From contig OZ241889.1 in the NCBI GenBank assembly GCA_965203355.1, positions 2,048,001 through 2,112,000 of the forward strand: DNA of 64,000 nucleotides, given 5' to 3'. The notes under the pieces are model-generated. The model ran no database searches, was not told the DNA's origin, and saw only the letters and a list, made by a program, of their open reading frames with translations. This document shows positions 1 through 8,471 of this stretch, piece by piece (positions within the stretch are counted from its first letter, which is position 1; the number at the start of each line of letters is the position of its first letter). The stretch comes from Candidatus Latescibacterota bacterium. Its GTDB lineage: Bacteria; Latescibacterota; UBA2968; UBA8231. The position numbers and the translations under genes are program-made.

Positions 1-58
1 ATGGGAGGGCTATCGCAAGATAGCAGGTTGCCCAGTAGAGGATGCGTTGGTAAGACAT
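1..58 (-). CDS. 5' end of a probable secreted protein running off the window edge
   Basis: ATG at 58 just after the TPR gene stop; reads MSYQRILYWATCYLAIALP, resembling a signal peptide; only 19 codons visible. Confidence 0.4.
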   Translation of the reverse strand, partial: MSYQRILYWATCYLAIALP

Positions 59-62
59 GAGA

Positions 63-1511
63 CTACGGAACTTCGCGCGCTAGTTGCTGGGCTTTTTCGC
101 GGTGCACTTGGCTTTTTTGCAGGTGCCCCAATTGCTGGTATGCGTCGCTGAGGTAGAGATGGGCGCGGTCGTTGGCGGGATCCAGCTCGATGGCGCGGGC
201 ATACGCATGGGCGGCTTCGTCGAATTGGGCCAATTTCGCGTGTGCCACTCCGAGGTTTAGCTGTGCGACGGCACTGGTTGGGTTGAGTCGGGCGGCTTCA
301 GCAAAGTGGGCGACAGCCCCAGTCAAATCGCCCGTGCGGGCTGCGGCTAAGCCAAGTCCGTAGGCGACCTCGTGCAAGCTAGAGTCGAGTGCAGCGGCGC
401 GCAGAAGGCTGGTCCGAGCGTCCGCATAGCGTTGCTGCTTGAGGAGGATCATCCCTAACCGAGTATGACTTAGTGGATCTTCTTCGTCGAGGGCAAGAGC
501 TTGGCGGAAGCTCTCGGCTGCCGCGGCCAAATCGCCCTGATAGGTGAAGAGGACGCCGCGGCTACTGTAGGCGTCTTTTAGCTTGGGGTTGATGGCGAGA
601 GCGTTTTGATATTCGAGGATAGCTTGGTCGTATTGGCCTTGCAGAGCGAGGTTTAAGGCGAGATTGTAGCGGGCCGTGGCCGAGCCGACGGTCACCGCAG
701 GCCCCGCAGGCTGGGATTGCTCCGAGCCGATGCCCCGGTGGTGCTGGCGGAGGATTTCCGAGCGAGCGAGGGCCTTTTCGCCTTGTTCGCGCTGCCCGGT
801 GCGCAGGTAGAGTTGCGACAGATTGAAGTGAACTTGGGGCGAGTAAGGGTTGAGCTTGGCGGCCCGCTCTAGGGCTTCGACAGCTTGGTCATAGTGCCCC
901 TGAGCGCGGTGCAGCAAGCCGCAGTGGAAATGTGCTTCGGCGTCTTCGGGCGCGTACTGAACGGCGCGTTGTAGATGCCTGAGGGCTTGGTCTAAGTCCC
1001 CTTGCCGTCGGTAATACAGGCCCAGCTTCTTGTGGGCTGGCGCGAGCGTGGAATCCACCTGTAGGGCGGCCAGATAGGCCCCTTCGGCGAGGTGTGCGCT
1101 GTCGCGGTAGCTATACACGAGGCCGAGGTTGTAGTGGGTAGTGGCGCGCTGCGAGTCGAGTTCGATGGCCTGTTGGAAGGCCCGCAGAGCGGCATCGGTA
1201 TCGCTGTAGCGAGCCTCGGCGAAAGCGCGGGTCATCTCGATGGCGCCGAGTAGATCGTAGAGATCGGGATCATTAGGGGCTAGAGCTAGGCCGGTACGCG
1301 CTGCTTCCCGCGCTTGCTGGTACTGGCCGACTTGGAGGTAGCAACGTCCTAAGTAGCGATAGGCGACTTGCGATGGGGACGGGCGTTGCACCGCTCGCTG
1401 CAAGACCTCAATCGCGGCTTGGTAGTCTCGGTTGTGGAAACGTTGCTGGCCCTCGACTAACAGCGGATCATCGCGGGCGCAGCCCCAAGCGAGTAAAAAG
1501 AGCAGGAGCAC
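63..1511 (-). CDS. Tetratricopeptide-repeat protein, probable lipoprotein
   Basis: Many TPR units (e.g. AHFHCGLLHRAQGHYDQAVEALERAAKLNP); N-terminal hydrophobic stretch ending in LAWGC lipobox-like motif. Confidence 0.85.
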   Translation of the reverse strand: MLLLFLLAWGCARDDPLLVEGQQRFHNRDYQAAIEVLQRAVQRPSPSQVAYRYLGRCYLQVGQYQQAREAARTGLALAPNDPDLYDLLGAIEMTRAFAEARYSDTDAALRAFQQAIELDSQRATTHYNLGLVYSYRDSAHLAEGAYLAALQVDSTLAPAHKKLGLYYRRQGDLDQALRHLQRAVQYAPEDAEAHFHCGLLHRAQGHYDQAVEALERAAKLNPYSPQVHFNLSQLYLRTGQREQGEKALARSEILRQHHRGIGSEQSQPAGPAVTVGSATARYNLALNLALQGQYDQAILEYQNALAINPKLKDAYSSRGVLFTYQGDLAAAAESFRQALALDEEDPLSHTRLGMILLKQQRYADARTSLLRAAALDSSLHEVAYGLGLAAARTGDLTGAVAHFAEAARLNPTSAVAQLNLGVAHAKLAQFDEAAHAYARAIELDPANDRAHLYLSDAYQQLGHLQKSQVHREKAQQLAREVP

Positions 1512-1525
1512 GGTCTAACTCAACT

Positions 1526-3229
1526 TCAATTGGGTACGCCGAGAGTGCCTTTTATCGCGTCTGCAAACTCCTCAACCGGGTATTGATCCCGCAGACCGCG
1601 CACGTAGCGCACGTAGCGGTGCTTGGACTTGTCGATCTTGACGTAAGCTGTGGCGCGGCGACGGGATGTGGCGTCGTAGGGATGTTTTTTTTGATGACGA
1701 TCGAGGATTTTGAAGACCGAGTATCCACCCTGCACCTGCACGGGGCCGCCGACTTGGCCGACGGGCAGAGAATGTGCCAAGTCGTAGATGCCTTGGTAGT
1801 AAGCCTTGGTATAGGGAGTGAGGCTCAAGTGCCCGTCGTGGTGGTCAGCACCGGGGCGGAGGGTGTGGACGCGGGCCAAGGGCGCAGGGTCGGCACCTGC
1901 GAGTATCTCGCGCTTGAGCCGCTGGGCCAACGAGTCGGAAGATGCGAGAATTTCTACTACTTCGGTCGTCAGCGGCGCGGTGAATTTTTCCGGATGGCTA
2001 TCGTAGAAGGCGCGGGCCTCCTCTGGGGTGGCTGTGACGTGCTGATCGACGTAACGCTGCCGCAGGGCGTTGAGCAGCAGGTCATCTCGCTTGTCGCGAA
2101 TGCGTTGTTGCAGGTTGGGATCTTCTGCTAGGCCGTGGGCGCGAGCCTCGGTGGCGAAGAGAAAAGCCGGGATGATCGCGGTTTCGAGCAGGAAGACGAC
2201 GCGCGCGGAATCGGCTAGCTCCGGCCGGCCGGCACGCATTTCCCGCGCCATTTGTGCAAACTCTTGGCAACTGATTTGACCGCCGCGAAAGGAGACGAGA
2301 GGCTTGTCGATCAACGCAGCCGGCAGGGCATATAGATCGCTCTCGGCCTGCTGGCTATGCTGGTTGAGATGGCGAATCTGCTCAGGGTACAACTCGGGGC
2401 CGTATGCACTTTTGAGCGAGTCGAGGAGGGCTTGGTAGCGGGCAGTTCGCTTGCGACCGAAAATTTCCTCCCGCACTTTGTGCTCGGAAGCAGCGAGCGG
2501 CAGGGGCATCTCGTCGGTAACTTGAAAGATCGCGTAGTGGGTCTTGCCAGCAAACTGGAAGCGGATGGGTTCGGATACCTCGCCCACGGCGAGAGAGAAA
2601 ATCGCTTCGGCAATGGACGGAAGGACCTTATCCTTGAGCTTGTAGCCCCCTACATCGCCCCCTTGCTCGCCGCTATCGCGGTGCAGAGAGTGCCCCTTGG
2701 CTAAATCCATGAACTGCGCCCCGTTGGCTACGGCCTGTAAAATTTCCTCGGCTTCTTCGCGGGTCTCTAGCATGATGCCGCTAAAGCGCAAGGCGCGATC
2801 GCGGTGAGTGGCTCGATAGTGAGCTTCCATCTCTTCATCCGTAACGACGATCTTTTGAGAGATTTCGCGATGCGTGTACAAATCGAGCAAGAGGTTTTTG
2901 GAGAAAAAGGCCAACTCGGCTTGGAGCGCGGGATCGTCGGATAGCTGAAGGGCCTCGGCCTCGGTGAGCAAGAGCCGCTTGTCGATCAAGCTATTGAGGA
3001 TTTGGCGGTTCTTGTCGAGCAAGGTATCGCCCTTTTTCATACCCTCTGGAATGAGTGCGCTGAACTCGGTGAAAGCGGAGAGGGTAATGGGGACACCGGC
3101 TACGGTCGCTAGGACGATATCCTGCTCTCTAGGCTGTTCGGGTTGGCCACTGCAGGATACAAAAAAAAGGGCCGAGAGACTTAGGAACAGGAGGATGCGT
3201 TTGTACTGAAAGGGCGAAGTCGAGGTCAT
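1526..3229 (-). CDS. Parvulin/PpiC-type peptidyl-prolyl isomerase, PrsA/SurA-like foldase lipoprotein with two rotamase domains
   Basis: Lipobox FFVSC; VLATVAGVPIT start; FMDLAKGHS..SGEQGGDVG and LAVGEVSEPI; second domain LPVGQVGGPVQVQGGYSVFKI. Confidence 0.8.
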   Translation of the reverse strand: MTSTSPFQYKRILLFLSLSALFFVSCSGQPEQPREQDIVLATVAGVPITLSAFTEFSALIPEGMKKGDTLLDKNRQILNSLIDKRLLLTEAEALQLSDDPALQAELAFFSKNLLLDLYTHREISQKIVVTDEEMEAHYRATHRDRALRFSGIMLETREEAEEILQAVANGAQFMDLAKGHSLHRDSGEQGGDVGGYKLKDKVLPSIAEAIFSLAVGEVSEPIRFQFAGKTHYAIFQVTDEMPLPLAASEHKVREEIFGRKRTARYQALLDSLKSAYGPELYPEQIRHLNQHSQQAESDLYALPAALIDKPLVSFRGGQISCQEFAQMAREMRAGRPELADSARVVFLLETAIIPAFLFATEARAHGLAEDPNLQQRIRDKRDDLLLNALRQRYVDQHVTATPEEARAFYDSHPEKFTAPLTTEVVEILASSDSLAQRLKREILAGADPAPLARVHTLRPGADHHDGHLSLTPYTKAYYQGIYDLAHSLPVGQVGGPVQVQGGYSVFKILDRHQKKHPYDATSRRRATAYVKIDKSKHRYVRYVRGLRDQYPVEEFADAIKGTLGVPN

Positions 3230-3402
3230 GGGAAATTTCTTGCTCTAGGGAGGAGTATTCGCTTATTTAGCAGACAGTTAATTTAGGATGTGATGCATTT
3301 TTGGCAACAATACAGGAGAACATTCGGTATTGTGGAATGCCCCCTAACCCGTCCTTCTCACCAAATTATTTATTAATAGATACATAGATAGAGTTTCGAT
3401 TT

Positions 3403-5658
3403 ATGCGAATAACTTTTCGATCTACTTTCCTCGTCGGTGGTTTCCTGCTCGCCGCTTTCGCGACGGGAAAGTCAGCGGTTGCGGAAGTCGTGGTCATCGG
3501 CGGTGCAGAGGGCCTGAGTTGGGAGAGTGGGGGTGGAGATCTTCCGGCCGTGGTCATCCGCAGCGAGAGTGCGATCGAAAAAACCAACGCTCCTGGGGGT
3601 GTCATCGACTTTGAACCCGAGGGCAGGCCCTATTTCATTGCACCCCAGCTCGCCGATACCACCCGCAACATAGCGATCGGCATTAACTCGCCATTGCGCG
3701 GCGGTAGTATTGAGTCGCCGAATAATCGATCCATTAGCGCGACCTTGGCCAATTTGATCGACAACGACGGCGACACGGCCTTGGACATGCGCGCTTCTGT
3801 GGGCACTCAAAGTGCCCGGGTCCTTGGGCTAATCATCGACTTGGATCTCGGGGCTCGTTTTGGCCTCAACCGCTTCAAGTTTTTTCCGCGCAACGGCGCC
3901 CCGGATTTTCCCTCAGTGGAATTCCCCTTCCAAAACGAATTCTTGCGGGGGTATGAGATTTTTATCAATGATGGTACGCCGGAAAACTCCTTTGAAGGCG
4001 TGCCCATTTTGCAAACCGTCGCGGTCGAGACTCAAAACGACCAATCCGTGGTGGATGTGCGGATCCCTCCGCAATACGTGCGCTTCGTGCGGCTGAAGGT
4101 GCTGACCGCGGCGGGCTTCGATATGGCCGAGTTCCAGATTTTCGGCACGGGTTTTGTGCCCGAAGCGAGTTATGTGTCCAATGTTTTCGACTTTGGCGAC
4201 TTAGCCTTGTTCGGCAATTTGCGCTGGATCCAAGATGCGGAAGGCGACGCAAACCTGTCTAGCCTGCAGGTTCGCACGCGTACAGGCGTGGATCCAGCCC
4301 CGGTCGAATTCAACAAAGTCCGCCCGGGCGAGCGCATATTCCGCGTGGGCGGCGGTGCTCAAGCTGGCAATCGTTCGGGCACCTCGACGGCCAATGTGGA
4401 GGTGCCGTGGAAGAGGGCCGAAGATGTCGACGATGCCGAATTAAAAGCCTTGGTCGGAGGTGTGCTAGACAACGACGAGGTGGATGTGCGCGAGGCACTT
4501 GGGGTATTCAAGGATCTGCCGCTGGACCAGCAGGCCCTCGTCACTCTCAACGAGGCTGATTACAACGCACTGCGGGGCGAGGACAAAGGGGGCATTCGCG
4601 ACGATGTCAACAACTGGAGTGGCTGGTCGCCTCCCTATCCGGCGTCCGGTATCGTCAGCCAAGATCAGATCTCAATAGACGGTGCCGGTGTCCCAATCTC
4701 CTCGCCCGGCCCGCGACGCTACTTCCAGTTTTCCATTGACTTTTTTAGCGACGATTTCGAGTCTGCGGCCTTAGTTGGTGGCTTGGCTTTTGATGTGATT
4801 TCGCCGCCCTTTGCCCAAGAGCTAATCGCCGAGATTTCGCCGCGCTCAGCGGCTGTGGGGAAGAATACCCGATTTTTGTACGCGGTACTCAACAAATCCT
4901 CTGGTCAGCAGCGCGGCTTTGACGCCCTTGAGATCGAGACTCCCTTGCGCGTTGAGGCCATCGGGCGCGTGCGGATTCAGCGGCCTAGCGGCGAGGTGCA
5001 AGCGGCGGATTTTTCCGACGCGTCCTTGGCGAACTTGCCCCAGGACAGCAATGGCCTCTCTATCGACGAAGTGCATGATGACCGCTTTGCGATCTCTTTC
5101 CCGCTCATACAAGAAGACGGGACAGTTTTGGAAGTAGAATTTGACAACGGGGTGCTGCGCTTTGGCACGACTTTTGTTGGCCGCGCCTTTAACCGCTCGG
5201 TCGAAACGACCATCGGACAGGGCGTTGTGGCCGGCAATGCCGCCGATTTGAGCCAGTCTGGATTTGCCGATTCCGATCTCCAGCCAGTGGGTACGCCGAT
5301 AGAGGAAAATCTCTCGGTGGCCGTACCCATCAGCAAAGAACTCTTGGCCAATGTGGCCGTGAATTCATCGGTGTTTACGCCTAACGGCGACGGGGCCAAT
5401 GATCGCGTCTTCATCCGGTACGACATCACCAATATCGCACGGCCCTCGCCGATAAAAGTCTCGATTTTCGATCTGTCCGGCCGTTTGGTTCGGGCCTTAG
5501 TTGACAGTGAGGCTATTAGCGGTCGTTTTGCCCAGCCTTGGGATGGCCGGGACGACGCCGGGATATACGTGCCGCCGGGGCACTATGCGTTTAGCGTCTT
5601 GCTGCAAGCTGGCACGGGCCAAGTGAGGAAAATCGGGGTCGTCGGAGTGGCTTACTAG
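3403..5658 (+). CDS. Secreted protein, paralog 1: discoidin-like domain plus C-terminal FlgD-Ig/CHU_C-like domain
   Basis: Signal peptide; LIDNDGDT..IDLDLGARF..EFQIFG; C-terminal FTPNGDGAND..IFDLSGRLV..WDGRD..VPPGHY..VAY. Confidence 0.75.
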   Translation: MRITFRSTFLVGGFLLAAFATGKSAVAEVVVIGGAEGLSWESGGGDLPAVVIRSESAIEKTNAPGGVIDFEPEGRPYFIAPQLADTTRNIAIGINSPLRGGSIESPNNRSISATLANLIDNDGDTALDMRASVGTQSARVLGLIIDLDLGARFGLNRFKFFPRNGAPDFPSVEFPFQNEFLRGYEIFINDGTPENSFEGVPILQTVAVETQNDQSVVDVRIPPQYVRFVRLKVLTAAGFDMAEFQIFGTGFVPEASYVSNVFDFGDLALFGNLRWIQDAEGDANLSSLQVRTRTGVDPAPVEFNKVRPGERIFRVGGGAQAGNRSGTSTANVEVPWKRAEDVDDAELKALVGGVLDNDEVDVREALGVFKDLPLDQQALVTLNEADYNALRGEDKGGIRDDVNNWSGWSPPYPASGIVSQDQISIDGAGVPISSPGPRRYFQFSIDFFSDDFESAALVGGLAFDVISPPFAQELIAEISPRSAAVGKNTRFLYAVLNKSSGQQRGFDALEIETPLRVEAIGRVRIQRPSGEVQAADFSDASLANLPQDSNGLSIDEVHDDRFAISFPLIQEDGTVLEVEFDNGVLRFGTTFVGRAFNRSVETTIGQGVVAGNAADLSQSGFADSDLQPVGTPIEENLSVAVPISKELLANVAVNSSVFTPNGDGANDRVFIRYDITNIARPSPIKVSIFDLSGRLVRALVDSEAISGRFAQPWDGRDDAGIYVPPGHYAFSVLLQAGTGQVRKIGVVGVAY

Positions 5659-5687
5659 ACTGCTCAACAAATTTAGGGAGAGATGAT

Positions 5688-8471
5688 TTGCAAGCGTTTA
5701 GGATATGGGGGCTGATTGGTTCGGCCGCGCTGATGCTAGCGGCTGGAACGGCTGAGGCCCAAGAGTACGGCAACCGCTTGGGCCGCCAGAGCGGCGGAGC
5801 GGTTAGCTTTGAGCCGCGCGGCCCTGGGGTCCTATTTGGCGCGCTCGATCCAGCAATCAAAAAATGGTACATTCCCCAAGAGCTTTTCAACGAATACGGA
5901 TGGCGACAGTGGGAGTACTCCAATTACGCTAAGGATGAGTTTCGGCGCTACGTCAACATCCATCGCGAAGGCGATTACTTCTACGACTTTTACGGCAACT
6001 TCATCGGCCGAGGCTGGCTGATCTATGACTGGAGCCAAAACCAGCCCGGGCAACTTGGCAGCAGCATCTTCCAAAACGCCCGCTTCGATTCTTGGTTCAA
6101 CGGGGTCACTATTGGCGGCGACTCACAGAGCCAATACTACTATTCCATTACGGTAGGCAATCTACTCCGCACGACCCTCACGCCAATGACCTTTTCTAGG
6201 CCTCGTTACAATGGCGTCCAGATTGACTTCATGGCCGACAAATACGCCGGCACTATCCTCGCCTCGCGGATCAGCGACCCGATTTTAGGTGCGACCCAAG
6301 AGCCAGAGACCCGCACCAATACCACTACCATGTTCGGCGGGCGCGGCACGGTCCAGGTCGGCGACTTCATCGAGGTCGGCGCGACTGTAGTCGATGCTCG
6401 CAATACGAATACTACGCTCGACCTGTTCAGCGGCGACTTGATCGCAGGCAGCCTCACGTCCGGCCAGAGTAGCACTCCGCTTACGGCCATTGCCATCATT
6501 CTCAGCGACGATACGCCTGAAGATGGCGAGGGAGGCGCGGCTTTGTTCCGCGACAAGGTGCGCATCATCAGCCGCGACTTTGAGACGAATAAAGAGCAGG
6601 TTTTTGAGGCGGCGGAGGTTGTTCGCGCTGGCGCGGAGTGGCCGATTAAATTCGGCGGATTTGAACGCCAGGGGTACACGGCCGCCGACGGTCACGAGCG
6701 CATCGTGCTTAACTACGACTTCAACGACCCGGCCTACATCGGCCCAAACCCCACCTCGATCGTGGCCGTGGAATTTGAATATGTATTGGGAAATGACTTC
6801 AAGGTGGAGATGTGGTCCGACCGGCAGACTGGTCGCCGCGCCATGCCTTCTGCGCCCCTGAGTGCGGAAACCATAGACGCCACCGAGCCAGCTCTGATTA
6901 CCCTGCGGCGAGCCGAAGGCAACGTGAAGGACATTTCTAATCTCCAGCTCGTAAAATTTGATTACGGTTTGCCGACGGGTAACCTAGTCGGCGGATTTAC
7001 AGTGGAGGGCAAGGGGCTGTGGGGGGTTGACTTCTACGGAGAGTGGAACCGCAACAAGCGCTACTATCAGTATCCCAACGCCGCGCTATTTACGGCTGGC
7101 AAGAACCACAAAATTTCTACCGAGCAGTCCGATGCTTGGTTTTTCAACCTCTCTCGTCAGTTCTATCCGTGGTTCTTCTTCGGCGAGGTCTATGCGATGG
7201 ATGACGCGTATTCGACCACGGCTTTTTTGGTAGATACCAATGGCGATATCCAATACGATAATTCCCAGCGTAACTTCTACGAATTTGTCGAAGATAACGA
7301 CGACCAAGACCAATATCCCGACTGGATCCGCGCGGGCTCGGCCAACGACCGGCTCATCTTTCCCGGGTGGGACGAGAACAACGATTTTATCTCGGATTTC
7401 AACCAAAACGACAATGGCACGGTCAACAATCTCATTCCCGATTACGAAGAGCCTTTTTTGCGCTATGCGGTTGATCGGCCCGAATACCTCTTTGGCATCG
7501 ACCTGAACAACAACGATTGGATCGACCGCTTTGAGGATGACGACTTGCCGGATTACCCCTATAAGACCGATCGGCAGGGCTATAATGTGTTCGCCGGTGC
7601 CGAACTCGTGCCAGGAGCACGGCTGACTTTGGGACAGGCGGATGAGCAGATGATTTCAACTAATCGCTCAAGCCGGGTTCAGTACGCACTCTTTACCTTT
7701 GACCGCGATGTGCCGGGCGTGGGGCGCTTGCAGGTTTTTGAAGCGCTGAAAAAGGTCGCCGACACCATTCCAGACGATCGGCGTGCTCCCACGCCTTATG
7801 TCGATGCCCCACCGATCCAGCCCCTCGTCCCCGATATTCTGCCGGCCCAAGACACTTGGGTCAATTCGCTGTGGCTCGGGTTCGACTACGCGGGCATTGA
7901 TCGGCTCAACATCATCAACAAGGTCAAGTACGAATTCTATCGCCAAAACCAAGACAATCCACGTGATATAGATGGCCGTCGCCTGCGGACCAACACCAGC
8001 TTCTTCGGCTTGATCAACAAATTCGACTACACCTACGATATAGGCCGCTTCAGTCTCCAGCCCAAGTTCAAGAGCGAATACTTGCGGCGTACGCCGTTTT
8101 TGGTCCAAGAGGATGAGCGCAAGGAGTGGACCGGCAGCTTTGTGCTGCTAGCCCGACTGCCGGTGCTGAAGCACACCGTGTTGATGGGGGGAGTAGAGCA
8201 ACTGCTGCTGAGAGATTTGATGCACGACGAGGACGCTATGGTCGCCAGCGGCATCACCACGGAAACGGGCGACTTGAGCAGCGTAAACGTGGCGGTGCAG
8301 CTGTCCAATTCCTCGGACTACATGGGGTATCGCCTGACGACCCAGATCGGCCTGCGCTACGGTCGCACCCAGACTGAACTGGTGATAGAAAACGACAGCG
8401 GTTTTGCCAAGGGCAGCGAAAGCAGCAATTCGACGACTAGCTTCATCACCGTGTACGCCGGAATTCAGTAA
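5688..8471 (+). CDS. Large exported hypothetical protein A, probable outer-membrane beta-barrel with Asp/Asn-rich Ca-binding-like loops
   Basis: Signal peptide AEA-Q; amphipathic beta-strand-like segments; DENNDFISD and DLNNNDWID; ends FITVYAGIQ; paralog of next ORF. Confidence 0.6.
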   Translation: MQAFRIWGLIGSAALMLAAGTAEAQEYGNRLGRQSGGAVSFEPRGPGVLFGALDPAIKKWYIPQELFNEYGWRQWEYSNYAKDEFRRYVNIHREGDYFYDFYGNFIGRGWLIYDWSQNQPGQLGSSIFQNARFDSWFNGVTIGGDSQSQYYYSITVGNLLRTTLTPMTFSRPRYNGVQIDFMADKYAGTILASRISDPILGATQEPETRTNTTTMFGGRGTVQVGDFIEVGATVVDARNTNTTLDLFSGDLIAGSLTSGQSSTPLTAIAIILSDDTPEDGEGGAALFRDKVRIISRDFETNKEQVFEAAEVVRAGAEWPIKFGGFERQGYTAADGHERIVLNYDFNDPAYIGPNPTSIVAVEFEYVLGNDFKVEMWSDRQTGRRAMPSAPLSAETIDATEPALITLRRAEGNVKDISNLQLVKFDYGLPTGNLVGGFTVEGKGLWGVDFYGEWNRNKRYYQYPNAALFTAGKNHKISTEQSDAWFFNLSRQFYPWFFFGEVYAMDDAYSTTAFLVDTNGDIQYDNSQRNFYEFVEDNDDQDQYPDWIRAGSANDRLIFPGWDENNDFISDFNQNDNGTVNNLIPDYEEPFLRYAVDRPEYLFGIDLNNNDWIDRFEDDDLPDYPYKTDRQGYNVFAGAELVPGARLTLGQADEQMISTNRSSRVQYALFTFDRDVPGVGRLQVFEALKKVADTIPDDRRAPTPYVDAPPIQPLVPDILPAQDTWVNSLWLGFDYAGIDRLNIINKVKYEFYRQNQDNPRDIDGRRLRTNTSFFGLINKFDYTYDIGRFSLQPKFKSEYLRRTPFLVQEDERKEWTGSFVLLARLPVLKHTVLMGGVEQLLLRDLMHDEDAMVASGITTETGDLSSVNVAVQLSNSSDYMGYRLTTQIGLRYGRTQTELVIENDSGFAKGSESSNSTTSFITVYAGIQ